DNA from: an uncultured Chloroflexia bacterium
GTDB taxonomy: Bacteria > Chloroflexota > Limnocylindria > Limnocylindrales > CSP1-4
DNA: 64,000 bases
NCBI GenBank assembly: GCA_963763775.1
Contig: CAVXPZ010000003.1
Coordinates: 416,001 to 480,000 of the forward strand
Direction: 5' to 3'
Shown here: positions 53,323 to 64,000 of the stretch, in pieces
How the letters are laid out: every line of letters begins with the position of its first letter
Numbering within the stretch: the first letter of the stretch is position 1
Made by a program: the position numbers and the translations under genes
The notes under the pieces: model-generated
What the model saw: the letters and a program-made list of their open reading frames with translations, nothing else
What the model was told of the DNA's origin: nothing
Databases searched by the model: none

Positions 53323-54870
53323 TCAGTGTCGGAAGTGCCGTCGTCCGGTGAAGACCATCGCCATGTGGTGCCGGTCGGCGACTTCGATCGCCATCTCGTC
53401 GCGGATCGAGCCGCCCGGCTGGATGATCGCCGTCACGCCGGCGTTCGCCGCCGCCTGGATCCCGTCCGGGAAGGGGAAGTAGGCGTCGGAGGCCATCACC
53501 GCGAGCTTGGCCCGGTCGCCGGCGCGTCGGAGGGCGATCTCGACCGAGACCTGCCGTGAGGCCTGCGCGGCGCCGATGCCGACCGTCGCGCCGTTTCGCG
53601 CGAGGACGATCGCGTTCGAGCGGACGTGGCGGACGGCTCGCCACGCGAACAGCAGGTCGGTCAGCTCCTCGAGCGTCGGCCGGCGTCGCGTCACGACCTG
53701 CAGTCGCCCGCGGTCGAGCCCGAGGTCGTCGAGCGTCTCGACGAGCAGCCCGCCGGCGACCCGCTTGAAGTCGAGGCTGGCGATGCCGTAGTCGCGCATG
53801 CCCTCGATCGGGTCCGCCGGGACCGCGAGCAGCTCGATGTTGGTCTTCTCCTTGAGCATCCCCAGCGCGGACTGGCTGAACCCTGGAGCGACGACGGCCT
53901 CGTACGAGTTGGCCGCGATCTCGCGCGCCGTCGCGCCATCGAGCTCGCGGTTGACGGCCACGATCCCGCCGAACGACGCCACCGGGTCCGTCTCGAGCGC
54001 GTGCCGGTACGCCTCGACCAGTTCGTCGTGCGAGGCGATCCCGACCGGGTCGGTGTGCTTGACGATCGCGACCGTCGGCCCGGTGTAGTCGCGCGCGATC
54101 CGGTACGCCGCGTCGAGGTCGAGCAGGTTGTTGAACGACGGCCGGTCGCCCTGGATCTGCGTCGCGTCGGCGAGGGTGCCGCTCCGGTGCGTGGTCTCGC
54201 GGTAGAACGCCGCCCGCTGGTGGGGGTTCTCGCCGTAGCGCAGGTCGTCCACCTTCTCGAGGACCATCGCCAGCCGCCGCGGGAACGTGTTCCCGGTGAT
54301 CTGATTGAGATACGCGGCGATCTCGGCGTGATAGGCCGCGACCATGCTGAATGCCTCGGCCGCCAGGCTGGCCCGGGTCTCGGCGCTCACGTGCCCGCGC
54401 TCGCGGATCTCGTTCACGATCCGGTCGTACTGGGACGGATCGGACGCCGCCGCGACGCCCGCGGAGTTGCGCGCCGCCGCACCGAGGAGGGCCGCGCCGC
54501 CGACGTCGATCATCTCGATGGCCTCGTCGAGACCCATGAGCTTGACGCCGACCGCGGGCGCGAACGGCTTCACGTTCACGATGACCAGGTCGATCGGGAT
54601 GATCCCCTGGGCTTCGAGCTCGGCCATCTGGCCGGCGACGTCGCGGCGGGCGAGGATGCCCGCATAGACCGCGTGATGGAACGTCTTGACCTGGCCGCCG
54701 ACCGTGCTCTGTCCGTCGGTCAGCTCGGCGACCGACGCGACCTCGATGCCGTCGCTGGCGAGGAACTCACGGGTGCCATCGGTCGCGAAGATCTCGACGT
54801 CGAGCGCACGCAACTCGCGCGCCAGCCCGGAGATCCCCTCGCGGTTCGCGACTGACAGCAGGGCTCGCAC
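53323..54870 (-). CDS. purH: Bifunctional AICAR transformylase/IMP cyclohydrolase
   Basis: [51 protein letters not shown]. Confidence 0.95.
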   Translation of the reverse strand: MRALLSVANREGISGLARELRALDVEIFATDGTREFLASDGIEVASVAELTDGQSTVGGQVKTFHHAVYAGILARRDVAGQMAELEAQGIIPIDLVIVNVKPFAPAVGVKLMGLDEAIEMIDVGGAALLGAAARNSAGVAAASDPSQYDRIVNEIRERGHVSAETRASLAAEAFSMVAAYHAEIAAYLNQITGNTFPRRLAMVLEKVDDLRYGENPHQRAAFYRETTHRSGTLADATQIQGDRPSFNNLLDLDAAYRIARDYTGPTVAIVKHTDPVGIASHDELVEAYRHALETDPVASFGGIVAVNRELDGATAREIAANSYEAVVAPGFSQSALGMLKEKTNIELLAVPADPIEGMRDYGIASLDFKRVAGGLLVETLDDLGLDRGRLQVVTRRRPTLEELTDLLFAWRAVRHVRSNAIVLARNGATVGIGAAQASRQVSVEIALRRAGDRAKLAVMASDAYFPFPDGIQAAANAGVTAIIQPGGSIRDEMAIEVADRHHMAMVFTGRRHFRH

Positions 54871-55031
54871 CCGGGCCTCCTCCCCGTCATGTGGGCCTCG
54901 GCGGCGCGCTCAGGGCTCGCCGCGGGATGGTGCCCCGGGTGGGTCGTGGAGCACCGCACCGCTCGGCCGAGTATAGCGCCCGCCGTGGCATACTCCCGTC
55001 GCTCACCCACAACCTGCGATGAGGTCGGCGC

Positions 55032-55490
55032 GTGACGTTCGCCCCCTGGGAATACCTCTTCATCTCGTTCAACAGCAAGAACTTCCCGGACATGTTCTGG
55101 CCGACCGTGATCGCCTCGGCGGTCCTGTTGACGGTGCTGCTGATCCTGTACTTCTTCCGGACCCGGGCCCTCCATCGCCACCCGCCCTACGTCGAGATGT
55201 GGGAGTGGCTGTGGTGGACCGGCCTGATCACGTTCGGCCTGCTCCTGATCATGTCGCTCTTCGTGTTCGACTTCTTCCTCGTGCTCCTGACCGAGATCAT
55301 CGGCATCGGGACCCTCGTGTGGATCCGCTTCCGCCGGTTCCCGCCGGAGTTCGCGGCCTACGAGCACAAGCTCGCCCGCGAGCGCTACTACACCAAGCAG
55401 AAGTTCGCGGTGCCCGAGGCGACCATCCGGCGCCGCGGCGGTGGCGGCGGTGGCGGCAAGCGCGCCCGCGGCCAGCGCCGGCGCCGCTAG
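55032..55490 (+). CDS. Hypothetical membrane protein (about 3 TM, basic C-tail)
   Basis: Coding-like codon usage, hydrophobic segments, GAGG RBS. Confidence 0.7.
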   Translation: MTFAPWEYLFISFNSKNFPDMFWPTVIASAVLLTVLLILYFFRTRALHRHPPYVEMWEWLWWTGLITFGLLLIMSLFVFDFFLVLLTEIIGIGTLVWIRFRRFPPEFAAYEHKLARERYYTKQKFAVPEATIRRRGGGGGGGKRARGQRRRR

Positions 55491-55523
55491 CCTTCCGGAT
55501 CGAGCCCTCGACGGCGGCCGGCC

Positions 55524-56000
55524 ATGACCATCGAGATCCAGCGGTTCGGCGTCGGGCACCGACGCCCGGAGGGGCCGGCCGGGACGGTCGGGTTGACCGG
55601 CCAGCCCATCCATGTCGACGGCCGAGGCGTGATCGCCGAGCTCGCGTTCGCGCGCGGCGCCAGGATCGAGCCGCACGCCAACCCGAACACGACGTGGTTC
55701 ATCGTCATCGAGGGCGGCGGCTGGGTGGGGGTCGGCGACGAGCGGACCCGGGTCGCGGCGGGGGAGGCGGTCCTCTGGCCCGCCGACATCGTGCATACCG
55801 CCTGGACCGAGCACTCGGAGATGCGGGCCTTCGTGGTCGAGTTCACGGGGGCGGACGACCGCGAGGTGGTCGGGCTGCTCGAGGGCCGTGCGGTCGAGAT
55901 CGACCCCGAGGATGCGGACCCGGCGCTCCGGGGCGTCGGGACGCTCGCCGACCACCCGGCGCCGCCGGGCGTGGATCCCGGGAGCGGTGAGCCGGCCTGA
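55524..56000 (+). CDS. Cupin domain protein
   Basis: EPHANP..VIEGGG..GEAVLWPADIVH cupin motifs. Confidence 0.8.
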   Translation: MTIEIQRFGVGHRRPEGPAGTVGLTGQPIHVDGRGVIAELAFARGARIEPHANPNTTWFIVIEGGGWVGVGDERTRVAAGEAVLWPADIVHTAWTEHSEMRAFVVEFTGADDREVVGLLEGRAVEIDPEDADPALRGVGTLADHPAPPGVDPGSGEPA

Positions 56001-56042
56001 CCGCGGACGAGCCGCGATCAGGCCGGGGTCTCCTCCGGTGAC

Positions 56043-57563
56043 TTAGCCGTCGAGCCGGCTCGCGGAGTCGAGCAGCTCGAGGAACGTGTGGACCTCGTCG
56101 GTCGCGGGGAGGTCCTCCGCGGCGTCATCGGCCACGCGGCGGATGTCGGTGAGATCGAGCCGGGACGCGAACTCGCTCCCGCGCAGCACCTCGGCGGTCG
56201 CCGCCACGATGGCGTCGAGCCGGAAGTGCGGGTCCGTCCGCTCGAACGATCGCGACAGGTCGCCGACCCGGATGTCGCGCGATGCGTCCCGGACCCGCTG
56301 ATCGTCCGGGTCGGTCCAGCGGAGGTCGACCGTGGCGAGGCGGTCACCATCTCGCTGGTCGTCGCGCAGCCGGAGCGCGTACAGCGCGGTCACCGCGTGA
56401 CCCGCCCCGATGGCGCCCGCGGCCACCCCGGGGTCGGTGAAGTCCTGATCCGCGACGTCGCGGTCCTCGTACCCGACGAGCCGGTACGCCGCGACGCGGT
56501 CGGGGTCGAACGTCACCTGGGCCTTCGCGTCGAGCGCCACCGTCTGGAGCGTCGTGGTCAGGCGGTCCCGGAAGAGCGTCCGGGCCTCGTCGAGGACGTT
56601 GACGTAGGCGTAGAACCCGTCGCCCTGGTCCGCGAGCTGCTCAAGGAGCGCGTCGTTGTAGTTGCCCATCCCGACGCCCACGCTGACGAGCTCGATCCCG
56701 GCCGCCGCGTCGTCCCGGATGCCGCGGAGGATCCCGTCGGCATCGGTCAACCCGACGTTGGCGACACCGTCCGAGGCGAGGACGACCCGGTCGATCCCGT
56801 CCTCGGTCAGGGCATGACGAGCCTGGTCGTAGCCCAGCCGCAGGCCGGCCTCGAGGTTCGTCGAGCCGCCCGGCGTCAGCTCGTCGATGGCGCCGAGGAT
56901 CCGGTCGCGATCGCGCGCGGCGGTGGACTCGAGGACGACCCGCGCGTCGTCGCCGAAGGTCACGACCGCGACGCGGTCATCCGGCCGGAGCTCGTCCACG
57001 AGGATCCGCAGGGCATCCTTGACGAGCTCGAGCCGGCCTTCGCGCTGCATCGATCCCGAGGTGTCGACGACGAAGGTGAGCGACGCGTCCTGTCGAGCCC
57101 GGTCACGCACCTCGCGCGCCTGGAGCCCGATCCGGAGGAGCACCTCGTCCGGCTCCGTGAACGGCGTCGGCCCGCCGTCGACCGAGATCGCGAACGTGTC
57201 CTCGTCGGGAGCGCGATAGCCCTGGTCGAAGGCGTTGACCCACTCCTCGACGCGGACGCTCGATGGGTCGGGCCGGTGGCCGTCGTCGAGGTACCGCTGC
57301 GCGATCGTGTAGGAGGCGGTGTCGATGTCGAGCGCGAAGGTCGAGACCCGGTCCTGATCGGGGTCGACGAATGGGTTCACTCCGGGGTCCTGGAAGGTCA
57401 CGCCCGGATATGGCGAGCTCGCCGGCTGCGCCGGCGCTGGGGTCTCGTGATGGTGCTGGGGTGGTGCCACGGCGCCGGCGGCGGGCGATCCGCCGTAGCT
57501 GCTCGTGCTGCAGGCGGACGCCACGAGGGCGACCGCGGCCAGAGACAGGAGTGGCTTGCGCAT
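56043..57563 (-). CDS. vWA domain lipoprotein (YfbK/DUF3520-like)
   Basis: Lipobox ASAC, STFALDIDTASY, VRVEEWVN, DTSGSM MIDAS, SDGVANVG, YRLVGYE. Confidence 0.88.
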   Translation of the reverse strand: MRKPLLSLAAVALVASACSTSSYGGSPAAGAVAPPQHHHETPAPAQPASSPYPGVTFQDPGVNPFVDPDQDRVSTFALDIDTASYTIAQRYLDDGHRPDPSSVRVEEWVNAFDQGYRAPDEDTFAISVDGGPTPFTEPDEVLLRIGLQAREVRDRARQDASLTFVVDTSGSMQREGRLELVKDALRILVDELRPDDRVAVVTFGDDARVVLESTAARDRDRILGAIDELTPGGSTNLEAGLRLGYDQARHALTEDGIDRVVLASDGVANVGLTDADGILRGIRDDAAAGIELVSVGVGMGNYNDALLEQLADQGDGFYAYVNVLDEARTLFRDRLTTTLQTVALDAKAQVTFDPDRVAAYRLVGYEDRDVADQDFTDPGVAAGAIGAGHAVTALYALRLRDDQRDGDRLATVDLRWTDPDDQRVRDASRDIRVGDLSRSFERTDPHFRLDAIVAATAEVLRGSEFASRLDLTDIRRVADDAAEDLPATDEVHTFLELLDSASRLDG

Positions 57564-57737
57564 GGCGCAACCTCCCTGCGAGGAGCCGGTGAGGACTCCC
57601 GGGTCACGTGGGCGGTCCGCCGGAGCGGGTCCGCAGGTCCCGGTGCGCCGCCACGAAGTGCGTCGTCGGGCCGCCGCAACGACGCGGCCCGACGGCCCGC
57701 GGTTCCCGGGGACGCTCGGTCCGTGGTTCGCCAGAGG

Positions 57738-58385
57738 TCAATCGGCGGCGAGGATCGCGCCCAGCTGGCTCAGGATGCGGGCCGTCGCGCCCCAGATCGA
57801 CAGGCCCTCGACCTCGTAGGCGCCGTACCGCAGCCGCCAATCGCGGACCGTCCGCTCGACGATCTCGATGGGCGATCCCGGGAGGAAGGTGTCCATCGCC
57901 GGCTCGATGATCCGGGCCACCTCGCGGGCCGATGCGGTGAGGCGGGGCGGTCGCTCGGCGACCGCGACCACGGGCGTGACCGAGAAGTCGCTCACCGGGA
58001 TCCAGAACGATTCGAGCACCCCGACGACTCGGGTCCCGGTCGCGGCGGCGTCCAGTCCGACCTCCTCGGTCGCCTCGCGGAGGGCGGTGGCGACGATGTC
58101 GACGTCGTCGGGTTCGGCCTTGCCACCGGGGAAGCTGACCTCGCCCGAGTGATGGCCGTCGTGGGTCGAGCGCTCGATGAGGACGACCCGCGTCTCGCCC
58201 GAGGCGTCCGGGTAGAGGAGCGCCAGGACGCCGGCGGGCCTCGCCGGCTGGCCCGGCCGCCCCGACGCCGGGACGCGGGTCGGCTGGACGGTCTCCCCGA
58301 CCACGATCGGCATCAGGACGTCGGCCGGCTCCGGGAGCGGGTCGGGCAGGACCGCGAGGCGATCGAGGACGGTCTCGAACTGCAC
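57738..58385 (-). CDS. NUDIX hydrolase, CoA pyrophosphatase type
   Basis: HSGEVSFPGGK..ALREATEEVG, IWGATA. Confidence 0.9.
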   Translation of the reverse strand: MQFETVLDRLAVLPDPLPEPADVLMPIVVGETVQPTRVPASGRPGQPARPAGVLALLYPDASGETRVVLIERSTHDGHHSGEVSFPGGKAEPDDVDIVATALREATEEVGLDAAATGTRVVGVLESFWIPVSDFSVTPVVAVAERPPRLTASAREVARIIEPAMDTFLPGSPIEIVERTVRDWRLRYGAYEVEGLSIWGATARILSQLGAILAAD

Positions 58386-58401
58386 CGGCGACGGGCCGTC
58401 G

Positions 58402-61152
58402 CTAGTTGACGAGGTCGCCGTCGTCGCGCTTGCGACGCGTCGACGGGAGATCGAGGGGCGACGTCCTCGCGGCCGACGCCGCCGGCCGCCACGGGATCGG
58501 CGATCGCTCGAACGCGACCGCGCGTCGCGCCGCGTCCCGTCGCCCACGACCGTGGCATCGGCCGTCGAGAAGACCAGCGTCCCGGAGGCGAGGTCCGCGT
58601 CGGCGGTCACGACGTCGCCCGGCTTGAACTCGCCGGCGACGAGCGCCCGGGCGAGCGGGTTCTCCACGAGCCGCTGGATGGTCCGCTTGAGCGGTCGCGC
58701 CCCGAAGGCCGGGTCCGTCCCCTCGCGGACGATCAGCGCCTTCGCGGCGGCCGTCAGCCCGAGGCTGAGGTCGAGCTCGCCGACCCGCTTCGACAGGTCG
58801 GCGACCAGGAGGTCCACGATCCGGACGAGGTCGTCCTCGGTCAGGGCGTGGAACACGATGACCTCGTCGACGCGGTTGAGGAACTCCGGTCGGAACTGGG
58901 CGTGGAGGATGTCCGTGACCTCGCGCTTCATGGCCTCGTAGCGCGGCGTCGCCCGACCTCGCCCCGGCGGCGGCGATCGCGGCGCTGCCGACGTTGCTCG
59001 TCATGATCACGACCGTGTTCTTGAAGTCGACCGTGCGTCCCTGGCCGTCGGTCAGCCGGCCGTCGTCGAGCACCTGGAGCAGGACGTTGAAGACGTCCGG
59101 ATGGGCCTTCTCGATCTCGTCGAGCAGCACCACCTGGTACGGACGCCGCCGGACGGCCTCGGTCAGCTGTCCGCCCTCCTCGTAGCCGACGTAGCCCGGA
59201 GGGGCCCCGACGAGCCGCGAGACGGCGAACTTCTCCATGTACTCGCTCATGTCGATGCGGACCATCGCCGCCTCGTCGTCGAACAGGAACGACGCCAGGG
59301 CCCGCGCGAGCTCGGTCTTGCCGACGCCCGTGGGACCGAGGAACAGGAACGACCCGATCGGTCGGCGCGGGTCCTTGAGCCCGGACCGGGCCCGCCGCAC
59401 CGCGTCGGACACGGCCTGGATGGCCTCCTCCTGCCCGACGACGCGCTCGTGGAGCCGCTCCTCCATGTGGACGAGCTTGGCCATCTCGCCTTCCATCAGG
59501 CGGCTGACCGGGATCCCGGTCCAGGCCCCGACGATCTCCGCGATGTCGTCCGCGGTGACCTCCTCCTTCAGGAGCGAGCCGGGACCCTGGAGCGTCGCGA
59601 GGACGCTCTCCTGCTCGGCCATGCGGTCATCGAGCGCCTTCACCGTGCCGTACTTGAGCTCGGCGGCTGTCGCGTAGTCCGCCTCGCGCTCCGCCTGCTC
59701 GATCCGGACGGTGACCGACTCGATCTCGGACTTCGTTGCGCGCATCGCCGCGATGGCCGACTTCTCGGCCTCCCAGCGCTGCTTCATCGCGCCGGCCTCC
59801 TCCTCGATGTCGGCCAGCTCCTTCTCGAGCGCCTCGAGCCGGGCCTTCGAGCCCTCGTCGGTCTCCTTGCGCAGCGCCTCCCGCTCGATCTCGAGCTGGA
59901 TCCGCCGGCGCTCGAGCTCGTCGAGCTCGATCGGCATCGAATCGATCTCCATGCGGAGCCTCGACGCGCTCTCGTCCACGAGGTCGATGGCCTTGTCCGG
60001 CAGGAAGCGCTCCGTGATGTACCGGTTCGACAGCGTGGCCGCCGCGACGAGCGCCGAATCGGTGATGCGCACGCCGTGGTGGACCTCGTACCGCTCGCGC
60101 AGGCCGCGCAGGATGCTGATGGTCTCCTCGACGGTCGGCTCGTCGACCAGGACCGGCTGGAAGCGCCGCTCGAGGGCGGCGTCCTTCTCGATGTACTTGC
60201 GGTACTCGTCGAGCGTCGTCGCGCCGATCGTGTGGAGCTCGCCCCGCGCGAGCATCGGCTTGAGCAGGTTCGAGGCGTCCATCGCCCCTTCGGCGGCCCC
60301 GGCACCCACGACGGTGTGGAGCTCGTCGATGAAGAGCACGACCTGGCCGTCGGAGTCCTTGATCTCCTTCAGGACGGCCTTGAGCCGTTCCTCGAACTCG
60401 CCGCGGAACTTCGCGCCGGCGATGAGCGCCCCCAGGTCGAGCGCCACGACGCGCTTGTTCTTCAGGCCCTCGGGGACGTCGCCTCGGACGATGCGCTGGG
60501 CGAGCCCCTCGACGATCGCGGTCTTGCCGACGCCGGGCTCGCCGATGAGCACCGGGTTGTTCTTCGTCCGGCGCGAGAGGACCTGGATGACCCGCCGGAC
60601 CTCCTCGTCACGCCCGATGACCGGGTCGAGCTTGCCGGCACGCGCCTCGGTCGTGAGGTCCCGCCCGTACTTCTCGAGCGCGGCATACGTGCCCTCCGGG
60701 TTCGGCGAGGTCACGCGCTGTCCGCCGCGGACGCTCTGGAGCGCCTGGAGGATGGCCTCCTTGCCGGCTGCGTGCGATTCGAGGAGCGCCTGTCCGTCGC
60801 CACCGGCCTCGGCGATCCCGAGGAGCAGGTGCTCGGTGGAGACGTACTCGTCGCCGAGCCGCCGGGCTTCCGCCTCGGCATGGTCGACCACGCCCTTGGC
60901 CCGAGGGTCGAGCGCCAGCGAGCCGCCCTGGATGCGTGCGCGTCGGGCGAGCGCCGCGGCGACCTCGCCGCGGAACGCCGGCACGTCCACCCCGAGACGC
61001 CGCAGGGTCTCGGCCGGGATGCCGTCGTCGGGTTCGACGAGCGCGCTGAGGATGTGCTCCGCGTCGAGCACGGGGCTGTGGAGCCGCTCGGCGGTGGCCT
61101 GGGCGGCGAGGATGGCCTCCTGGGCCTTCTGGGTGAAGCGATCGAGTTGCAT
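58402..61152 (-). CDS. clpB: ATP-dependent chaperone ClpB (two compensating frameshifts near 58940 and 58500)
   Basis: [16 protein letters not shown], coiled-coil M domain, [18 protein letters not shown] and GARPLKR in the alternate frame. Confidence 0.93.
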   Translation of the reverse strand: MQLDRFTQKAQEAILAAQATAERLHSPVLDAEHILSALVEPDDGIPAETLRRLGVDVPAFRGEVAAALARRARIQGGSLALDPRAKGVVDHAEAEARRLGDEYVSTEHLLLGIAEAGGDGQALLESHAAGKEAILQALQSVRGGQRVTSPNPEGTYAALEKYGRDLTTEARAGKLDPVIGRDEEVRRVIQVLSRRTKNNPVLIGEPGVGKTAIVEGLAQRIVRGDVPEGLKNKRVVALDLGALIAGAKFRGEFEERLKAVLKEIKDSDGQVVLFIDELHTVVGAGAAEGAMDASNLLKPMLARGELHTIGATTLDEYRKYIEKDAALERRFQPVLVDEPTVEETISILRGLRERYEVHHGVRITDSALVAAATLSNRYITERFLPDKAIDLVDESASRLRMEIDSMPIELDELERRRIQLEIEREALRKETDEGSKARLEALEKELADIEEEAGAMKQRWEAEKSAIAAMRATKSEIESVTVRIEQAEREADYATAAELKYGTVKALDDRMAEQESVLATLQGPGSLLKEEVTADDIAEIVGAWTGIPVSRLMEGEMAKLVHMEERLHERVVGQEEAIQAVSDAVRRARSGLKDPRRPIGSFLFLGPTGVGKTELARALASFLFDDEAAMVRIDMSEYMEKFAVSRLVGAPPGYVGYEEGGQLTEAVRRRPYQVVLLDEIEKAHPDVFNVLLQVLDDGRLTDGQGRTVDFKNTVVIMTSNVGSAAIAAAGARSGDAALRGHEARGHGHPPRPVPTGVPQPRRRGHRVPRPDRGRPRPDRGPPGRRPVEAGRRARPQPRADGRREGADRPRGDGPGLRGATAQADHPAARGEPARPGARRRRVQAGRRRDRRRGPRLRDAGLLDGRCHGRGRRDAARRAVAFERSPIPWRPAASAARTSPLDLPSTRRKRDDGDLVN

Positions 61153-61178
61153 GGCCGGTTCTCTTGGTCTGGCTCGCG

Positions 61179-62213
61179 TCAGCGAGGATCGGGTTGGTCG
61201 ACGAGGTCGAAGAAGCGGTGGCCCGCCTCGACGGCGTCGTCGGAGAGCTGGGTGGGAAGGATGACCTTGGCCTTGGCATAGAGGTCGCCGTGCCCCGAGG
61301 CGTCGAGTCGGGGCATGCCCTGGCCGGTGAGCCGGAACGTCTTGCCGTTCGGTGTGCCGGCCGGGACCCGGAGCAGGACCCGGCCCTTCAGCGTGCGGAC
61401 CGGCACCTCGGCACCGAGCAGCGCTTCCTGGAGCGTGAGCGGGAGGTCGCGCTCGAGGTCAGCGCCGCGCCGCCTGAACGTGGCATCGGGCGTCATCCGG
61501 ACGACGACGTACAGGTCGCCGCCGCCGGGCGCCTTGCCGGTCAGCCGGACGCGCGTTCCCGTGTCCGCGCCGCGGGGGATCTTGACCTCCAGGCGCTTGC
61601 CGTCCACCTCGACGAGGCGCGTCGTGCTGTGGAAGGCCTCCTCGAGCGTGATCTCGGCGATGGCTTCCGCCGTCGGCTTGGGTGCCGGCCGTGGCGTGGC
61701 GCCGGTGCCGGCGCTCCCGCCGGACCCGTCCAGGCCCATCCCCGAGAGGATGTCCCCGAACCCGGGTCCCCCGGTCGGCCGACGGCCGCGGCCCGGGCCG
61801 GTGGCGCCCGCCGACGCGGCAGCGTCCTCGCCGAAGAACATCCGGAAGAAGTCGCTGAAGCCGCCGCCGTCGCCACTGGTCCGGAACTCGTAGCGGACGT
61901 TGCCACCGGCGCCTCCGAAGCCCGTGAACGGGCTCCCGCTCGCGCCGGCCGAGCCGTAGGCGTCCCAGTTCGCCCCGAGCGCGTCATACCGCTTGCGCTT
62001 GTCCGGGTCGGACAGGACCTCGTTGGCCTCGTTGACGTCCTTGAAGCGCTGCTCGGCGGCCTTGTCCCCGGGCTGCGCGTCGGGATGATGCTGGCGGGCG
62101 AGCTTGCGGAAGGCCTTCTTGATCTCGGCCTGGGACGCCGTCCTCGGGACGCCGAGGACGGCGTAGTAATCCTGGTACTCGAGACCCGGAGCGCCGGGCC
62201 GGCTCCCCGCCAA
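61179..62213 (-). CDS. DnaJ class B / CbpA-like co-chaperone
   Basis: [13 protein letters not shown]-domain, G/F region, DnaJ_C; no zinc finger. Confidence 0.9.
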   Translation of the reverse strand: MAGSRPGAPGLEYQDYYAVLGVPRTASQAEIKKAFRKLARQHHPDAQPGDKAAEQRFKDVNEANEVLSDPDKRKRYDALGANWDAYGSAGASGSPFTGFGGAGGNVRYEFRTSGDGGGFSDFFRMFFGEDAAASAGATGPGRGRRPTGGPGFGDILSGMGLDGSGGSAGTGATPRPAPKPTAEAIAEITLEEAFHSTTRLVEVDGKRLEVKIPRGADTGTRVRLTGKAPGGGDLYVVVRMTPDATFRRRGADLERDLPLTLQEALLGAEVPVRTLKGRVLLRVPAGTPNGKTFRLTGQGMPRLDASGHGDLYAKAKVILPTQLSDDAVEAGHRFFDLVDQPDPR

Positions 62214-62222
62214 CGGACCCTC

Positions 62223-63998
62223 CTAGGTGCCCCGGACGACGACCGGCGGCTGGTCGGTCGGCGGGAACTCCGTTCGCCGGGCGGCCGGCGCGGGCGCCGG
62301 CTCGGCCGGCGTCTCGCTCTTCACGACCTTCGGCGGCTCGACCGGCAGCGCCTTCGGCTTGCGCCGGAGGGCCGCGTCGAGCACCTGGTCCATGTTGTCC
62401 ACGAGGATCAGCTTGATGGACTTGCGGATCTCGTCCGGGATGTCGCGCAGGTCCTTCTCGTTCTTCCGTGGAAGGATGACGATCCGGGCCCCCGACAGGT
62501 GGGCGGCGAGGATCTTGCTCTTGAGCCCGCCGATCGGCAGCACTCGACCACGCAGCGTGATCTCGCCGGTCATGGCCACATCCTTGCGGACGGGGATGCC
62601 GGTCAGGGCGCTGACCATGGCGGTGGCCATCGTGATGCCCGCGGACGGGCCGTCCTTCGGGATCCCGCCGGCCGGCACGTGGATGTGGAGCGTGTTGGTC
62701 TCGAAGACCTCGCGCTTGATGCCGAGCTCCCGGGCGTGGGCTCTCGTCCACGACAGGCCGGCTCGCGCGGACTCGCGCATCACCTCGCCGAGCTGGCCGG
62801 TCAGGATGAAGTCTTCCTTGCCCTCCATCCGGGTGACCTCGATGGCGATGACGTCGCCGCCGACCTCGGTCACGACGAGGCCCGTGGCCGCGCCGGTCTG
62901 ATCTTCGGATTCCAGCTCGCCGTACTCGAACCGCTGCGGGCCGAGCAGCTCGACGAGCTTCTTGGGATCGATCACGGTCTTGCGCGTGCGGCCCTCGGCG
63001 ACCTGCCGGGCGACCTTGCGCATGACGTTGGCGATCTCGCGCTCGAGGTTCCGGACGCCCGCTTCGTGGGTGTACGAGCGGACGAGCTCGGTCATGGCTT
63101 CATCCGTGATCTGGATGTTCTTCGCCTTGAGCCCGTGGTTCGCCATCTGCTTGGGGATGAGGAATTGCTTGCCGATCTCGATCTTCTCGGTCTCGGTGTA
63201 GCCCGGCAGGTGCACGACCTCCATCCGGTCGCGCAGGGCGGCCGGGATCGGGTCGAGCAGGTTGGCGGTGGCCACGAACAGCACCTTCGAGAGGTCGAAC
63301 GGCACCTCGAGGTAGTTGTCCTGGAAGCTGTTGTTCTGCTCCGGGTCGAGGACCTCGAGCAGCGCCGACGACGGGTCGCCCCGGAAGTCCATGCCGATCT
63401 TGTCGACCTCGTCGAGCATGAACACGGGGTTGTTGGTGCCCGCGGTCTTGATGCTCTGCACGATGCGGCCCGGAAGCGCCCCGATGTAGGTGCGCCGGTG
63501 GCCGCGGATCTCCGCCTCGTCGTGGATGCCGCCGAGGCTCATCCGCACGAACTTGCGGCCCATCGCTCGCGCGATGCTCTTGCCGAGCGACGTCTTGCCG
63601 ACGCCGGGGGGTCCGACGAAGGCGAGGATCGGGCTGCGGATCTCGTCGGCCAGGGTGCGCACCGCGAGGTACTCGAGGATGCGCTCCTTGATCTTCTCGA
63701 GGCCGTAGTGGTCCTCGTCGAGGATGCGGGCGGCTTCCTTGATGTCGAGCTGGTCGTCGGTCGAGACGTTCCAGGGCAGGCCAACGAGCCAGTCCACGTA
63801 GGTCCGGATGACCCCGACCTCGGGCGACGCCGACGGGATGCGGCTCATCCGGTCGATCTCCTTGATCGCCCGGGCCTTGATCTCGTCCGGCATGCCGGCG
63901 CTCTCGACCTTGTCGCGGAGTTCGTTGATCTCGGCCTGCTGCGGGTCGTCCTCGCCGAGCTCGCGCTGGATGGCCTTGAGCTGCTCGCGGAGGATGTA
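62223..63998 (-). CDS. lon: Lon protease (5' part outside the window)
   Basis: [48 protein letters not shown]. Confidence 0.97.
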   Translation of the reverse strand, partial: YILREQLKAIQRELGEDDPQQAEINELRDKVESAGMPDEIKARAIKEIDRMSRIPSASPEVGVIRTYVDWLVGLPWNVSTDDQLDIKEAARILDEDHYGLEKIKERILEYLAVRTLADEIRSPILAFVGPPGVGKTSLGKSIARAMGRKFVRMSLGGIHDEAEIRGHRRTYIGALPGRIVQSIKTAGTNNPVFMLDEVDKIGMDFRGDPSSALLEVLDPEQNNSFQDNYLEVPFDLSKVLFVATANLLDPIPAALRDRMEVVHLPGYTETEKIEIGKQFLIPKQMANHGLKAKNIQITDEAMTELVRSYTHEAGVRNLEREIANVMRKVARQVAEGRTRKTVIDPKKLVELLGPQRFEYGELESEDQTGAATGLVVTEVGGDVIAIEVTRMEGKEDFILTGQLGEVMRESARAGLSWTRAHARELGIKREVFETNTLHIHVPAGGIPKDGPSAGITMATAMVSALTGIPVRKDVAMTGEITLRGRVLPIGGLKSKILAAHLSGARIVILPRKNEKDLRDIPDEIRKSIKLILVDNMDQVLDAALRRKPKALPVEPPKVVKSETPAEPAPAPAARRTEFPPTDQPPVVVRGT

Positions 63999-64000
63999 CT

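Noticed and set aside
54871-54975. ZTP riboswitch upstream of purH
   Set aside because: The conserved GACUGGCG...CGCCUGGGCA elements are not present.
57738-58931. ClpB C-terminus fused to NUDIX
   Set aside because: Explained by two compensating frameshifts; NUDIX has its own GTG at 58385 after the stop at 58402.

Overview
High-GC bacterial chromosome segment spanning the replication origin. Gene content (Jag-yidC-yidD-rnpA-rpmH / dnaA-oriC-dnaN-recF-dciA without gyrB, many leaderless TANNNT promoters) suggests Chloroflexota; this is inference only. The window then carries a membrane pseudophosphatase/rhomboid/DUF151 block, a large glycolipid and protein glycosylation locus (GT2, three GT-C modules, pimA-like GT4, PHP, two PatA-like acyltransferases, ino1, pgsA, ArsR), MFS, CorA, a Ser-nucleophile sortase-like gene, a Cys-less TlpA, otsB, a complete but rearranged complex I (nuo) operon, an NDUFAF7/MidA methyltransferase, folK, pepE, an F420-type LLM, glpX, purH, a vWA lipoprotein, NUDIX, clpB, a CbpA-like DnaJ and lon (partial). 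The most striking feature is the complex I operon. nuoI is split in two, and a NuoE/NuoF/StnC(GltD-NfnB)-like module lies between the halves. The N-half of NuoI is fused to a cluster-less NuoE domain, and the C-half is fused to the end of a predicted NADPH/FAD subunit that replaces NuoG. Many single-base frameshifts in essential genes look like sequencing or assembly errors. No CRISPR array, tRNA, rRNA or transposase was seen.
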